A stretch of 46,231 nucleotides of DNA from an uncultured Acidimicrobiales bacterium (GTDB lineage: Bacteria > Actinomycetota > Acidimicrobiia > Acidimicrobiales > SHLQ01): assembly GCA_964445255.1 (NCBI GenBank), contig CAYUKM010000003.1:1-46231 (forward strand), read 5' to 3'. Of this stretch, positions 36,233 to 45,515 are shown piece after piece; positions within the stretch are counted from its first letter, which is position 1; every line of letters begins with the position of its first letter. The position numbers and the translations under genes are program-made. Below the pieces are notes generated by a model. That model was not told the origin of the DNA. It searched no databases and was given only the letters and a program-made list of their open reading frames with translations.

Positions 36233-38083
36233 TCACCCAATAGTGAATTCAGGAAGGTTGAGGGCGTCGAGCTGGCTTCGCAACAACTGCATCTCGATGA
36301 CGAGTGGGTCACGATCTGGATCGGCGAGCCCTATCGGGCTGACCGGTGCGGACGTGGCGGGTTCAGTATCGGTGGCGACGGCGACGACCCCAGGTTCGGG
36401 AACTTCGATCAACGTTCGATAGCGGCTCCCTGTACGCAGAACATTCTGGCTGTACTGCGTGTCATGGTTGTAGGCGAAGTAGGCCTGCAATTCACCGGCG
36501 ACGGTTGTCATCGTCGACGTGGAGGCGCACAGATATCGAGCCGACGCGAGCGACGCGTCGTAGATGTTCTGCGGGTCCTTCTCGTCGTCGAGATTTCCGT
36601 CTTGCTCGAATAGTCGCCACGTAGAGGGGATGAACTGCATCGGTCCGACCGCCCGGTCGAAGACCGTGTCGGCGTCGAGAAGGCCATCGTCGGAGTCCTC
36701 GATGAGCGCCAAGCGACGGATGACCCGGGGAGGGGGCGGGGGTGCTGGTGTCGACGCTTCAGAGCCCGCAGCGGTTTGTGGGCTCTCACTAGGTTCGTTT
36801 GCCGGAGCCTCGTTGCTCTCGGTCGCCGGTTGGGGTTGAGGTGCGGGTTCGGCGGGAGTTTGTTCAGCCGGGGCGCGAGCCGGTACGGCCTCGGGAGGGG
36901 GCGCTGCTTCGGTTGGTGGGGCGTCGGGTCCTGGAGCCTGCGGGACGGGAAGTACTTCGGTTCGTGAAGTTGGGTCCGGAGCATCGCCATCGGTGACGAA
37001 CTGGGCGCCCTCGAGAATTCGGCCATCGAGGGCGGGGCCGCGAATGTCTTCGGTGGTGTGGCCATTGATGTCGAGCATCGAACTGGTGAAATGTCCGTGG
37101 AACGACTCGATGTGTCCAATTCCTGCGAGCATCGACCAGTGGATGCCGCACTGCGGCTGTTCCTCAGCCAAGGTGCGCTGCGCGATCACGTAGGCATTGA
37201 GGGCAACGAGTGGGATGTTGCTGCCCTCAACAAATTGGGGGAGGCGCTCATGCAGCGCTACCTGGTACGTGGCCTTGGTCCGTGCGGGTAGATCCTCGAT
37301 CTCTCGACGGGTCTGAAGAAGGCCTAGGCGCTCGTCTCGCAGCCCACGTATTGCCTCTCGCTCGTCACGCAGGATTGCCTGTAGTCCCATACGGCGTCGC
37401 TCTCGTTCGGCCAACTCGTTCTCGCGATCTTCAAGTTGGGCGAACTGGTCTTCTCGGACCTCGTCACTGACGACCCGTGTCTCTGTCGCTGACCCATTCG
37501 TTTCTCCGAGCGCCTCGATGTCGTCTTCGAAGATGAACGCTCGTAAGGCGAACTCGGTCAAGGCTTCTTCGAGGATGGAGATCTCTTCAGCGAGGCGTGT
37601 TTCGTTTGTGCGCTCGTGGTCGATCTCGGCTACCAGACGGTCGATGGTTGGTCGTCGTTGATCGATCGCCTCGCCAAGACTCTCGATATCACGATCGAGG
37701 GTTTCGAGGACCTGAAGCGTGCGTACGTGGTTAGCGACGATTTCATCGAGTTCGCTGCCGTTGGTGGCAACGAGATCGACCCCAGCGGCAAAGATCACAC
37801 TTTCGTGGAATTCGATGGGGTCGAACTCTGGCGCCGGCGCAAGGTTCGCGGGGTCAAGTCCGGCGAGTTGCACCGGATCTACCCAGGGGTCGTCGTCGGT
37901 GTAGGGGGTGCCAATGATGGTGAAGCCGATGAGGTCGTCGATGTCGGCGTCAGGAATGGCGTCTGGTGCGGTTTGGGCCGCGACAGGGGTGATCGAAGCC
38001 ACGAGAATGACTGCGCACAGGGCGCTGACCCATGCGAGATACCGGGAATTTCGAACCGAAGACATCCTTGCGGTGGTCGGCAC
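36233..38083 (-). CDS. Secreted lytic transglycosylase (SLT_2/MltB-like) with coiled coil and Pro-rich insert
   Basis: Signal peptide; coiled coil; LAGIGHIESFHG, DRAVGPMQFIPSTW, DPQNIYDA, YLC, AYNH...Y. Confidence 0.88.
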   Translation of the reverse strand: MPTTARMSSVRNSRYLAWVSALCAVILVASITPVAAQTAPDAIPDADIDDLIGFTIIGTPYTDDDPWVDPVQLAGLDPANLAPAPEFDPIEFHESVIFAAGVDLVATNGSELDEIVANHVRTLQVLETLDRDIESLGEAIDQRRPTIDRLVAEIDHERTNETRLAEEISILEEALTEFALRAFIFEDDIEALGETNGSATETRVVSDEVREDQFAQLEDRENELAERERRRMGLQAILRDEREAIRGLRDERLGLLQTRREIEDLPARTKATYQVALHERLPQFVEGSNIPLVALNAYVIAQRTLAEEQPQCGIHWSMLAGIGHIESFHGHFTSSMLDINGHTTEDIRGPALDGRILEGAQFVTDGDAPDPTSRTEVLPVPQAPGPDAPPTEAAPPPEAVPARAPAEQTPAEPAPQPQPATESNEAPANEPSESPQTAAGSEASTPAPPPPPRVIRRLALIEDSDDGLLDADTVFDRAVGPMQFIPSTWRLFEQDGNLDDEKDPQNIYDASLASARYLCASTSTMTTVAGELQAYFAYNHDTQYSQNVLRTGSRYRTLIEVPEPGVVAVATDTEPATSAPVSPIGLADPDRDPLVIEMQLLRSQLDALNLPEFTIG

Positions 38084-38148
38084 CTTCGCTTCGGTCTTGA
38101 GCCGTTTGACCTATGTCACGTCGCCTTTGGGGTGTGGAAATAGTGGAG

Positions 38149-38589
38149 TTATATCGCGTTTCGGGCTACCCACAGGTCGCCGCGGGCGAGTTCAATCTTT
38201 GTTCGATATTCCTGTGCGCGGCCTCCCGCATAGCTCGCCTCGTTGTAGGCAACCCCCGCTTCGGCTTGGAGGTCGTCAACTAGGGCATCGAGCGTGGTGA
38301 TTGCGGCACGGGCTCGTTCACCATGCATCCCAAGGCGAGTTCGGCTCTGATTCGCTGCAGTACCTTCCCAGGTGTGGCTGTTGTGTAGGCGCTCTACGGG
38401 TTCTAAGACTTGAGGAAGGGGAGCCATATTGGTGTCGATTGCCGAAGCGCAGGCCCGTAGAGCCTCGTTTCGTTCGTCCCAATAGGCCTCTTGGCGAGCC
38501 CAATAGTCTCGACTTCCCTCGAATCCGTCGATTTGTGATTGTATGCGGTCGACTTCGGACGTATGGAACGTGACTCCAGTAGACATCAT
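38149..38589 (-). CDS. WXG100-like helical protein
   Basis: About 146 aa, predicted helical, TWEGTAAN motif; AGGGGTG RBS before ATGATG at 38589. Confidence 0.6.
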   Translation of the reverse strand: MMSTGVTFHTSEVDRIQSQIDGFEGSRDYWARQEAYWDERNEALRACASAIDTNMAPLPQVLEPVERLHNSHTWEGTAANQSRTRLGMHGERARAAITTLDALVDDLQAEAGVAYNEASYAGGRAQEYRTKIELARGDLWVARNAI

Positions 38590-38678
38590 TTCACCCCTGA
38601 AATAATAAATAAGACTGAAATAGATTGAAACGCATTTAAAGGGGAAAATCAAGTTGAAATCGAACGAGTTGCAGAAAA

Positions 38679-38692
38679 CGAACAAATGTTCG
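38679..38692. promoter_or_regulatory. LexA (SOS) box CGAAC-AAAT-GTTCG
   Basis: Perfect actinobacterial consensus, lying within TTGCAG(38669)-N17-GATACT(38692), which is 6 nt before imuA ATG 38704. Confidence 0.92.
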
Positions 38693-38703
38693 ATACTGGC
38701 CAT

Positions 38704-39429
38704 ATGGTCAGCTCGCAACAAAACATCGCGGACATCATTGGCCGCGAGGTCGCTCCGGTTGTATTGGCCAAAGAGCAACTCATTGCTGTTCCGTCGCCAT
38801 TTGAGGAGATTCTGCCAGGAGCGGGCCTGCAGCGGGGGTGGGCCACATGTGTGACCGGATCGCCAGCAGGACGCGTATTTGTCTGGGCGTTGCTCGGTGA
38901 ACTCACTCGTAGCGGAGGTTGGGTCGCCACGGTCGACGTTTCTGGTATCAATCTGACGGCAGCCAACGAGGTCGGTCTATCGATCGAACGAGTCTTGGTC
39001 GTCTCGGGAGCGGGTGCAAAGAACTGGGCCCAGGTGTTGGGCGCGTTAGTGGGAGCGGTCGATGTGATCGTGTATGGAAATCCACGACACCGAGTCCAAC
39101 CGAGCACCTTTCGCAAGCTGGTCTCCCGGTGCCGAGAGCGCGGAACAGTTCTGATGCAGTTGCCGAATGGACACGACGCCGCGTCACGGGGCCTGCCCGT
39201 TGAGGCCGATGTGTCTTTCGATGTTCGTCCAGCTGGTTGGAGTGGTCTGGGTGATGGCCATGGGCGCCTTGCATCTCGAGCGGTCGATGTCACCGTGTCA
39301 GGACGACGAGTACCAGGGCGACCACGAAAAGGGACCTTCATGGTGCCCGACGCTGACGGAACGGTTCGCTCCATTCCTGCAGCGCCCACTTCTACCGTGC
39401 AAGACCCCGCTCTCTCGATCGTTAGGTGA
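38704..39429 (+). CDS. imuA: ImuA'-like RecA-fold mutasome accessory protein
   Basis: LPGAGLQRG, degenerate P-loop, A.E.GL..ERV, R.R.RGTVL, W.GLGDGHGRL; LexA box; coupled to imuB. Confidence 0.85.
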   Translation: MVSSQQNIADIIGREVAPVVLAKEQLIAVPSPFEEILPGAGLQRGWATCVTGSPAGRVFVWALLGELTRSGGWVATVDVSGINLTAANEVGLSIERVLVVSGAGAKNWAQVLGALVGAVDVIVYGNPRHRVQPSTFRKLVSRCRERGTVLMQLPNGHDAASRGLPVEADVSFDVRPAGWSGLGDGHGRLASRAVDVTVSGRRVPGRPRKGTFMVPDADGTVRSIPAAPTSTVQDPALSIVR

Positions 39430-40982
39430 TGGCCGCTCCACAACGGGTGGCTTGTGTGTGGTGTCCCGACTGGCCGGTGGTCGCTTCGGGGATTCCCGCC
39501 GCGGTTCCAGGAGCGGTCCTGCATGCCAATCGGGTTATTGCATCGTCGGCGGCTGCACGAACCGTCGGGGTCGTACGCGGGTTGCGTCGTCGCGAAGCCC
39601 AGAGTCGGTGCCCTGATCTGGTCATCGCCGAACGAGATCTTGCACGAGAAGTTCGAGCCTTCGAGGAGATCGCAGCTGCGATCCAAGCGTTCACCCCGCG
39701 ACTGGAACTCACCCATGCGGGTACGGTCATCTTCCCTACCCGCGGGCCTTCGCGCTATTTCGGCGGCGACCATGCGCTTGGAGCCAAGATTCACGACGCT
39801 GTACACAATGTCCTCGATGACCGCACGACGTGTCACATCGGCATCGCCGATGGGATCTTTGCTGCCCGCATAGCCGCTCGGCATCGACATGGATCGGTCC
39901 ATGTAGTCGATCCGGGTGCGAGCCCAGAGTTCCTCGAACCGCTATCGATCTCCACGCTCGGTCTCCCCGAACTCGTCGACGTGTTGTGGCGACTTGGCAT
40001 CGTCACACTCGGAGCTTTCGCAGCCCTAGAGGCTGCCGACGTGTTGGGAAGATTTGGCCATGTCGGGCTTCGAGCACATCGCCAAGCATCGGGGCTCGAC
40101 GAACAGCGAGCCGACGTCTCGGACCCTCCACAAGACATGGAGGTATCGATCGAATTTGAACCTCCGGTGGAGCGGATCGATCAGGCCGCCTTCGCAGCCC
40201 GTCATATAGCGGTAGGACTGAACGAGAAACTTGAGCGCCGCGGAGCGGCATGCTCGCGGGTCACGGTCGAGGCGGAGAGCGAACATGGCGAGAACTTTGT
40301 ACGCAGCTGGCGCCACGACGGTGCGCTATCGGTGGGTGCGATAACCGACCGAGTGCGTTGGCAACTCGATGGATGGTTGCAGGCGCCACCTCAGATTCGA
40401 CCTACCGGTGGTTTAGCGCGACTCGTGTTGCGTCCCGATGATCTCATCGCAGCTGGCGGCCGCCAGCTCGGATTCTGGGGAGGGGAAACCGAGGCGGATC
40501 AGCGGGCGGGGAGAGCCGTCGCGCGAATAGAAGGATTGCTTGGGGTTAACGGTGTGCAACTCGCCGAGGTTCGCGGCGGTCGGGAGCCCATGGACCAGAT
40601 CGAACTTCTTCCCGCGGGGTCGATCGACTTAACCGATCGGCGCGTGGCCCAACCCGACGTTCGGCCATGGCCTGGTCAGCTGCCTGCCCCGTCTCCAGCA
40701 GAGCTTTTCTCCCAGACCGCGATCGAACTAATCGATGCTCAACATCGATTGATCGCAGTGAACGGCAGGGGAGAGGTTTCTGGTGCACCGACCTACATTC
40801 GCAGCTCGGGAAAGGCGTGGCGTCGGGTGGAGTCCTGGGCTGGGCCTTGGCTCCTCGACGAGCGGTGGTGGGACCCTGAACGATCACGTCGACGAGCCCG
40901 CTTCCAAATTGTCGATGAGCATGGCCAAGCAATGTTGGTGTACTTAGAAAAAGGTAGCTGGTGGCTAGCTGGGGTGTACTGA
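39426..40982 (+). CDS. imuB: ImuB, catalytically inactive Y-family polymerase scaffold
   Basis: VWCPDWP in place of the catalytic Asp motif, GLRRREAQSRCP, clamp motif QLGFW, C-terminal WAGPW..DERWWD domain. Confidence 0.92.
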   Translation: MMAAPQRVACVWCPDWPVVASGIPAAVPGAVLHANRVIASSAAARTVGVVRGLRRREAQSRCPDLVIAERDLAREVRAFEEIAAAIQAFTPRLELTHAGTVIFPTRGPSRYFGGDHALGAKIHDAVHNVLDDRTTCHIGIADGIFAARIAARHRHGSVHVVDPGASPEFLEPLSISTLGLPELVDVLWRLGIVTLGAFAALEAADVLGRFGHVGLRAHRQASGLDEQRADVSDPPQDMEVSIEFEPPVERIDQAAFAARHIAVGLNEKLERRGAACSRVTVEAESEHGENFVRSWRHDGALSVGAITDRVRWQLDGWLQAPPQIRPTGGLARLVLRPDDLIAAGGRQLGFWGGETEADQRAGRAVARIEGLLGVNGVQLAEVRGGREPMDQIELLPAGSIDLTDRRVAQPDVRPWPGQLPAPSPAELFSQTAIELIDAQHRLIAVNGRGEVSGAPTYIRSSGKAWRRVESWAGPWLLDERWWDPERSRRRARFQIVDEHGQAMLVYLEKGSWWLAGVY

Positions 40983-41007
40983 CGAACACTCGCTAGCCTC
41001 ATGCCCC

Positions 41008-41499
41008 ATGAGTGATGAACGAGAGCATCTCGACTGGGCGACCTACGGCACTGCTGCACGTGAGCTTGCAGGGCAGGTTGCAGACGACGGTTACCGGCCT
41101 GACATCATTTTGGCTATCGCCCGAGGAGGGCTATTTGTTGCCGGGTCTTTGGGGTACGCTCTGTCGGTGAAAAACCTGTATGTCATGAACGTCGAGTTCT
41201 ACACCGGGGTCGATGAACGCCTCGACGTTCCGACGACTCTGCCGCCATATCTGGACAAGTTCGACCTCACCGATTCGAAGGTCTTGATCGCCGACGACGT
41301 GGCCGACACGGGCCACACACTTCGCCACGTTCACGACTTCTGCTCCGACGTAGTCGGCGACGTCCGTTCTGCGTGTCTGTACGAAAAGCCCCAATCGCTC
41401 ATCAAGTGCCAGTACGTATGGAAGCGCACCGATCAGTGGATCGAGTTCCCATGGTCGACCGAACCCCCACTCGTTGACGGTAGCGTCCTGGACGCATAG
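41008..41499 (+). CDS. Type I phosphoribosyltransferase
   Basis: IARGGL, PRPP loop VLIADDVADTGHTL, WIEFPW; own -10 TAGCCT at 40994. Confidence 0.9.
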   Translation: MSDEREHLDWATYGTAARELAGQVADDGYRPDIILAIARGGLFVAGSLGYALSVKNLYVMNVEFYTGVDERLDVPTTLPPYLDKFDLTDSKVLIADDVADTGHTLRHVHDFCSDVVGDVRSACLYEKPQSLIKCQYVWKRTDQWIEFPWSTEPPLVDGSVLDA

Positions 41500-42302
41500 T
41501 GAAGAAGATTCGGGTCCCTGCCTCCTCCGCGAACCTGGGACCTGGCTTTGATGTCCTCGGGATGGCGATCGATCGCTACGTCGAGGTCGAGTTTGCCGAG
41601 GAGGGCATCGGAAGTATCGACCACCTCACCATGAAAGTGTTTCGCCAGTTCGGCGGGACCGGCGGGCTAAAGATCTCTGGGACGATCCCACATGCTCGAG
41701 GGTTGGGGTTCTCGGGAGCGGCGCGGGTGGCTGGGCTGCTGGCAGCTGCGATCCAAAAGGGAACCGATCTTGAAGAATGTCGGCGGTGGTTGTTCCTTGA
41801 AGCCACCGCGTTGGAGGGCCATCCCGACAACGTCGCACCGTCGGTATTTGGCGGTGTGACGGTAGCGGTGGGCGAGCGGGTCGAACGAGTTCCGCTCGGG
41901 TTCCAAGCGAACGTCATATTGTGGATCCCGAACACGCTTTCTGGTACGAAAGAATCGCGAGGGAAGCTACCGACGGAGATTTCGATGGAGGACGCGGTCT
42001 TCAACATGGGCAGAACCGCCCTGTTGATAGCTGCGCTCACGAACGGCGATACCGATCTGCTCGCTGAGGCGACCGAAGACCGGATGCACCAAGAGATTCG
42101 CCTGCGGACGCTTCCCGGTACCGCCGCAGCGATGCAGGCAGCGAGAGCCGCTGGAGCGTGGTGTTCGTGGCTCTCGGGTAGTGGCCCGACGGCAGCGGCG
42201 CTGTGTGAGCCGGCCAACGCCCAAGCGGTCGCTGCAGCCATGCCGCCTGGGGGCGAGGTAAGCATCTCCCACATCGATATGCGCGGAGCGGTCTACGAGT
42301 GA
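41499..42302 (+). CDS. thrB: Homoserine kinase
   Basis: VPASSANLGPGFDVLG, IPHARGLGFSGA, EGHPDNVAP, D.MHQ..R, LSGSGPT. Confidence 0.93.
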   Translation: MKKIRVPASSANLGPGFDVLGMAIDRYVEVEFAEEGIGSIDHLTMKVFRQFGGTGGLKISGTIPHARGLGFSGAARVAGLLAAAIQKGTDLEECRRWLFLEATALEGHPDNVAPSVFGGVTVAVGERVERVPLGFQANVILWIPNTLSGTKESRGKLPTEISMEDAVFNMGRTALLIAALTNGDTDLLAEATEDRMHQEIRLRTLPGTAAAMQAARAAGAWCSWLSGSGPTAAALCEPANAQAVAAAMPPGGEVSISHIDMRGAVYE

Positions 42303-43495
42303 GCGCTGAGGCGGATCCCGGCTCGGCGGAACAAGCCGATTTGTCAGCCCTGTTAGCCGAGACTGAGGACTGGTTCGTTCATCACGGAATCCCGCACTTT
42401 ATCGACGACTTCAAGGCTTCCGAGGATGTCTGGACACGAGCTGTCGGGTTCCTCACATTCGTGTTCTTTGGAGAGGTCTTCTTGACCTTCGGCCAAGACA
42501 TCACCGGTTGGCAACAAGCGGGTGTGTTCATCATTGGCCTGCTCGTCGTATTGTCCGCTGTTGTGCTCGTCAATCGTGTGCGCGGTCGCTCCGCGTTTGC
42601 GCGACCGAATGACATTGGTATCGGTGAGCTAGCGCTGTTTGTGTTGATCCCGCCAGTGCTCGCGCTCTTGGGGGGACGCCGGTCCACATCGGAGTTCCTC
42701 TTGGTGGTCGTGTTCAACATCGCCATTCTGGTCGGTGTGTACCTCATTGTTTCGTGGGGCATCTTCTCGATGGGGCGGTGGGGTCTCTCGGTGATGTGGG
42801 GACACCTCACACAGATCGTGCAGCTTCTCGGCCGAATCCTTCCGTTGATGTTGCTGTTCTCCGCCTTTCTTTTTCTCAATGCCGAGATCTGGCAGGTGGT
42901 CAACGACTTGCCGCTTCTGTTGTTCGCTGTCGTGACGGGGATACTCGCGCTGATCGGGGTGAGTTTCTTGACCGGCGCAATGGGCGGTTCGAGTTTGGAG
43001 CTGCGCTACTTCACCTCCTGGAGCGACGTGGCCAAGTTGCTTGACGACACACCACTCGAGGTGTGCGATACACCGACGTTCGCCGGAGCGCCACATCGTG
43101 TTCCTTTGGATCGTGCGGGCCGCACGAACCTCACGCTGCGGTTAGTCGTTGGGCTCGCTGCTCAGGCACTGCTCGTAACGCTCGTGATCTTCGCGTTCTA
43201 CGTACTGTTCGGAGTACTCACCGTTCGCGAGGAGACGATTCTGCAATGGACGACGCTCAACGAGTTAGGTGCAGCTGAGCTGTGGCGCTTCACTGTTCTC
43301 GGCGAGGACATCGTCCTCACCCGACTCCATCTCATCACCTCAGGCTTTGTGGCGGCGTTTAGTGGGCTGCAGTTCGCCGTCTCCCTCGTGACCGACGACG
43401 CGTATCAAGAGCAGTTCGTGGCTGACAGTAATGAAGAGGTTCGCGAAGCGCTCGCAGTCCGTGCGGCCTATCTGTACCTCATCGAGTCTTCGTGA
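42299..43495 (+). CDS. Hypothetical integral membrane protein
   Basis: Many TM segments; GIPHFI, LPLMLLF..FLFLNAEIWQ motifs. Confidence 0.75.
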   Translation: MSAEADPGSAEQADLSALLAETEDWFVHHGIPHFIDDFKASEDVWTRAVGFLTFVFFGEVFLTFGQDITGWQQAGVFIIGLLVVLSAVVLVNRVRGRSAFARPNDIGIGELALFVLIPPVLALLGGRRSTSEFLLVVVFNIAILVGVYLIVSWGIFSMGRWGLSVMWGHLTQIVQLLGRILPLMLLFSAFLFLNAEIWQVVNDLPLLLFAVVTGILALIGVSFLTGAMGGSSLELRYFTSWSDVAKLLDDTPLEVCDTPTFAGAPHRVPLDRAGRTNLTLRLVVGLAAQALLVTLVIFAFYVLFGVLTVREETILQWTTLNELGAAELWRFTVLGEDIVLTRLHLITSGFVAAFSGLQFAVSLVTDDAYQEQFVADSNEEVREALAVRAAYLYLIESS

Positions 43496-43505
43496 GTCTG
43501 GACTG

Positions 43506-44204
43506 CTATCGGATGTTGGCGAGACGAATCCGTTGGATGCCGTCCGCATCGAAATTGTCCAACGACAGCCACTTGGCAAACATGCGCTCTTGAACAACCC
43601 AATCCTCGTCGGTCATCGCGAACCAGGCGGTGTCACGGTTGCGTCCCTTGTAGTGGGTGGCCTTACGGAACGTGCCCTCGTACTGAAAGCCCAGGCGTGT
43701 CGCCGCTCGTCGTGACGTCTCGTTCAGGGCATCGCATTTCCATTCGACGCGCCGATAGCCCGAGTTGAAGGCGTGCCGTAGCAAGAGTGCGATTGTCTCG
43801 GTAGTCGCGGTGGAGCGTTGGATTGTGGGTGAGAACAGGATCCACCCAATCTCTAGTACGCCGACGTCAGGTTGGATACGAAGTAACGACAGGAAGCCAA
43901 AGATCTCGCCATCGATAACCACGGCGTAGGGCAAGCTGCCGCGGTGTCGGTTCATGGCGTCGATGAGTTGCCCGAACCCGGCAGCATCGTCGAAGGGGCC
44001 AAGCGGCAGGTAGGTCCATAGTGATGGATGCGTGCCACTGAACTCATGAAACAAAGGGATGGCATGTTGGGTGCGCTGGAGCGGTTCTAGATGCACCGTA
44101 CGCCCGTGCAGGGCAACATGGGCCGGCATCTCTGGCGGCTTCCAGCTTCCGAGATCTGCCGATATCTCTTGACCGTATTCATTTAATATTCCCACGGCGA
44201 GCAA
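43506..44204 (-). CDS. GNAT (RimJ/RimL-like) acetyltransferase
   Basis: LEIGWI, GYRRVEWKCDALN..SRRAA.RLGFQYEGTFR, KGRNRDTAWF. Confidence 0.9.
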   Translation of the reverse strand: MLAVGILNEYGQEISADLGSWKPPEMPAHVALHGRTVHLEPLQRTQHAIPLFHEFSGTHPSLWTYLPLGPFDDAAGFGQLIDAMNRHRGSLPYAVVIDGEIFGFLSLLRIQPDVGVLEIGWILFSPTIQRSTATTETIALLLRHAFNSGYRRVEWKCDALNETSRRAATRLGFQYEGTFRKATHYKGRNRDTAWFAMTDEDWVVQERMFAKWLSLDNFDADGIQRIRLANIR

Positions 44205-44222
44205 CCTAGTGGGCGAGAGCGC

Positions 44223-45425
44223 TTAGGTCGAAGCCCCTGAACCGGTGAACATGCCTCGTCGCCAGCGACGGGGCGTTGCAATGATCGCCCGCGGATAGTC
44301 CTCGAACATCCAGCGTCCGAAGTTTCGTCGGGTCCACGCTGTGGCACCTACGAGCGTCAGCGCCGCTTCGGCGACCTTTCGGTGCCCGAGAAGGCCTCCG
44401 CACAGTTCAGCCATCTTGTGGTCGGCGAAGAGTTCGTCTTCGATGGCGTCTCGATAGTTCGCGGCTGCGGTCACAAACCGCTCGGACTCGATCAGGGCAT
44501 CGGCGGCGACTCGTCCGGTGAGCAATGCCTGTCCGATTCCCTCGCCGGTCAAGGTGTCGCAGGCGGCGGCAGCATCACCGACGAACAGCGTTCGTGGACC
44601 GGTCAGTGGCACGCCGTTTATCCGTGCAGGAATCGGCCACGCTCGATGTGGAGCTTCCGGTGTTGCATCGATTCCGAGGACCTCGCGTATATGAGGCCGA
44701 GCGAGGATGTCGGGCCAGAGGGTCTTCATCTGCTGAGTGGGGACGGTCCCGCCGCGCAAGATTCCAAAGCCAACGTTTGCTCGACCCCCGCCGATCGGAA
44801 ACGACCACACATAGCCTGGGAGCACATCGGGCTCGAACCAGATCCACAGCCCGGACTTGGCGGCTTCGTCGACGTTCTTGAAGTACTGCCGGAATGCGTG
44901 CCACTCGCCTCGGTACCCCTCGACTTCTAAGCCCAAGAGCTTTCGCATCGGGGACCACATGCCGTCCGCCGCGATGCACTGACGAGCCGCAATCGACTGC
45001 CCATCGTCGGTAGTGACGGTGATTCCTTCTGGCGATGTCTGGGCCCCAACGACTTTGTGCCCGAACCGTCCGATCACACCCGCTGCGAGTGCGTGGTCGA
45101 CGAGTACGGCGTCGAGTTCGCTCCGCCGAGCCACGGCCGCAAAAAGACCAGGTCCGGAAGGGAGCGGAACGTCGATCGTCTTTCCGTTCGGTGAGCGCAG
45201 CTTCGCTCCATGCACGGGTGCGAACGACGGCAACTGCGATACCGACACCCCCATTAATTCGAGTTCGCGCAGGCATAACGTGGTCAAGCCATCACCGCAG
45301 AACTTGTCCCTGGGGAAGGTCGCTTTGTCGACCAAGACAACCTCTCGGCCAGCGCCCGCCAACCGATGCGCGGCTGCGGCGCCGGCTGGACCAGCGCCCA
45401 CGACGACGGTGTCCACGAAGCTCAT
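44223..45425 (-). CDS. Geranylgeranyl reductase-family FAD oxidoreductase (MenJ-like)
   Basis: VVGAGPAG, FPRDKFCGDGL, IAADG, GYVWSFP, VGDAA..DTLTGEGI. Confidence 0.88.
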   Translation of the reverse strand: MSFVDTVVVGAGPAGAAAAHRLAGAGREVVLVDKATFPRDKFCGDGLTTLCLRELELMGVSVSQLPSFAPVHGAKLRSPNGKTIDVPLPSGPGLFAAVARRSELDAVLVDHALAAGVIGRFGHKVVGAQTSPEGITVTTDDGQSIAARQCIAADGMWSPMRKLLGLEVEGYRGEWHAFRQYFKNVDEAAKSGLWIWFEPDVLPGYVWSFPIGGGRANVGFGILRGGTVPTQQMKTLWPDILARPHIREVLGIDATPEAPHRAWPIPARINGVPLTGPRTLFVGDAAAACDTLTGEGIGQALLTGRVAADALIESERFVTAAANYRDAIEDELFADHKMAELCGGLLGHRKVAEAALTLVGATAWTRRNFGRWMFEDYPRAIIATPRRWRRGMFTGSGAST

Positions 45426-45515
45426 ATGCTGAGCGTATCTAGCCGTAGGCCTAGCGCTCGGACTAGGTGTGATGCTTCGCCGCTACACCTCTCACGCCTG
45501 GTGTGCTGGGGCGGG

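Noticed and set aside
38660-38673. Second LexA box for the WXG-like gene
   Set aside because: Only a TCGAAC half-site; no GTTC at the correct spacing
38590-38778. Hydrophobic N-terminal extension of the WXG-like ORF
   Set aside because: Translation of AT-rich promoter DNA overlapping the SOS box and imuA start
45465-45490. AGGTGT..ACACCT hairpin enclosing a GCGAAGC motif as another repeat-element copy
   Set aside because: Short 6-bp stem and a single motif; more simply a weak terminator or chance
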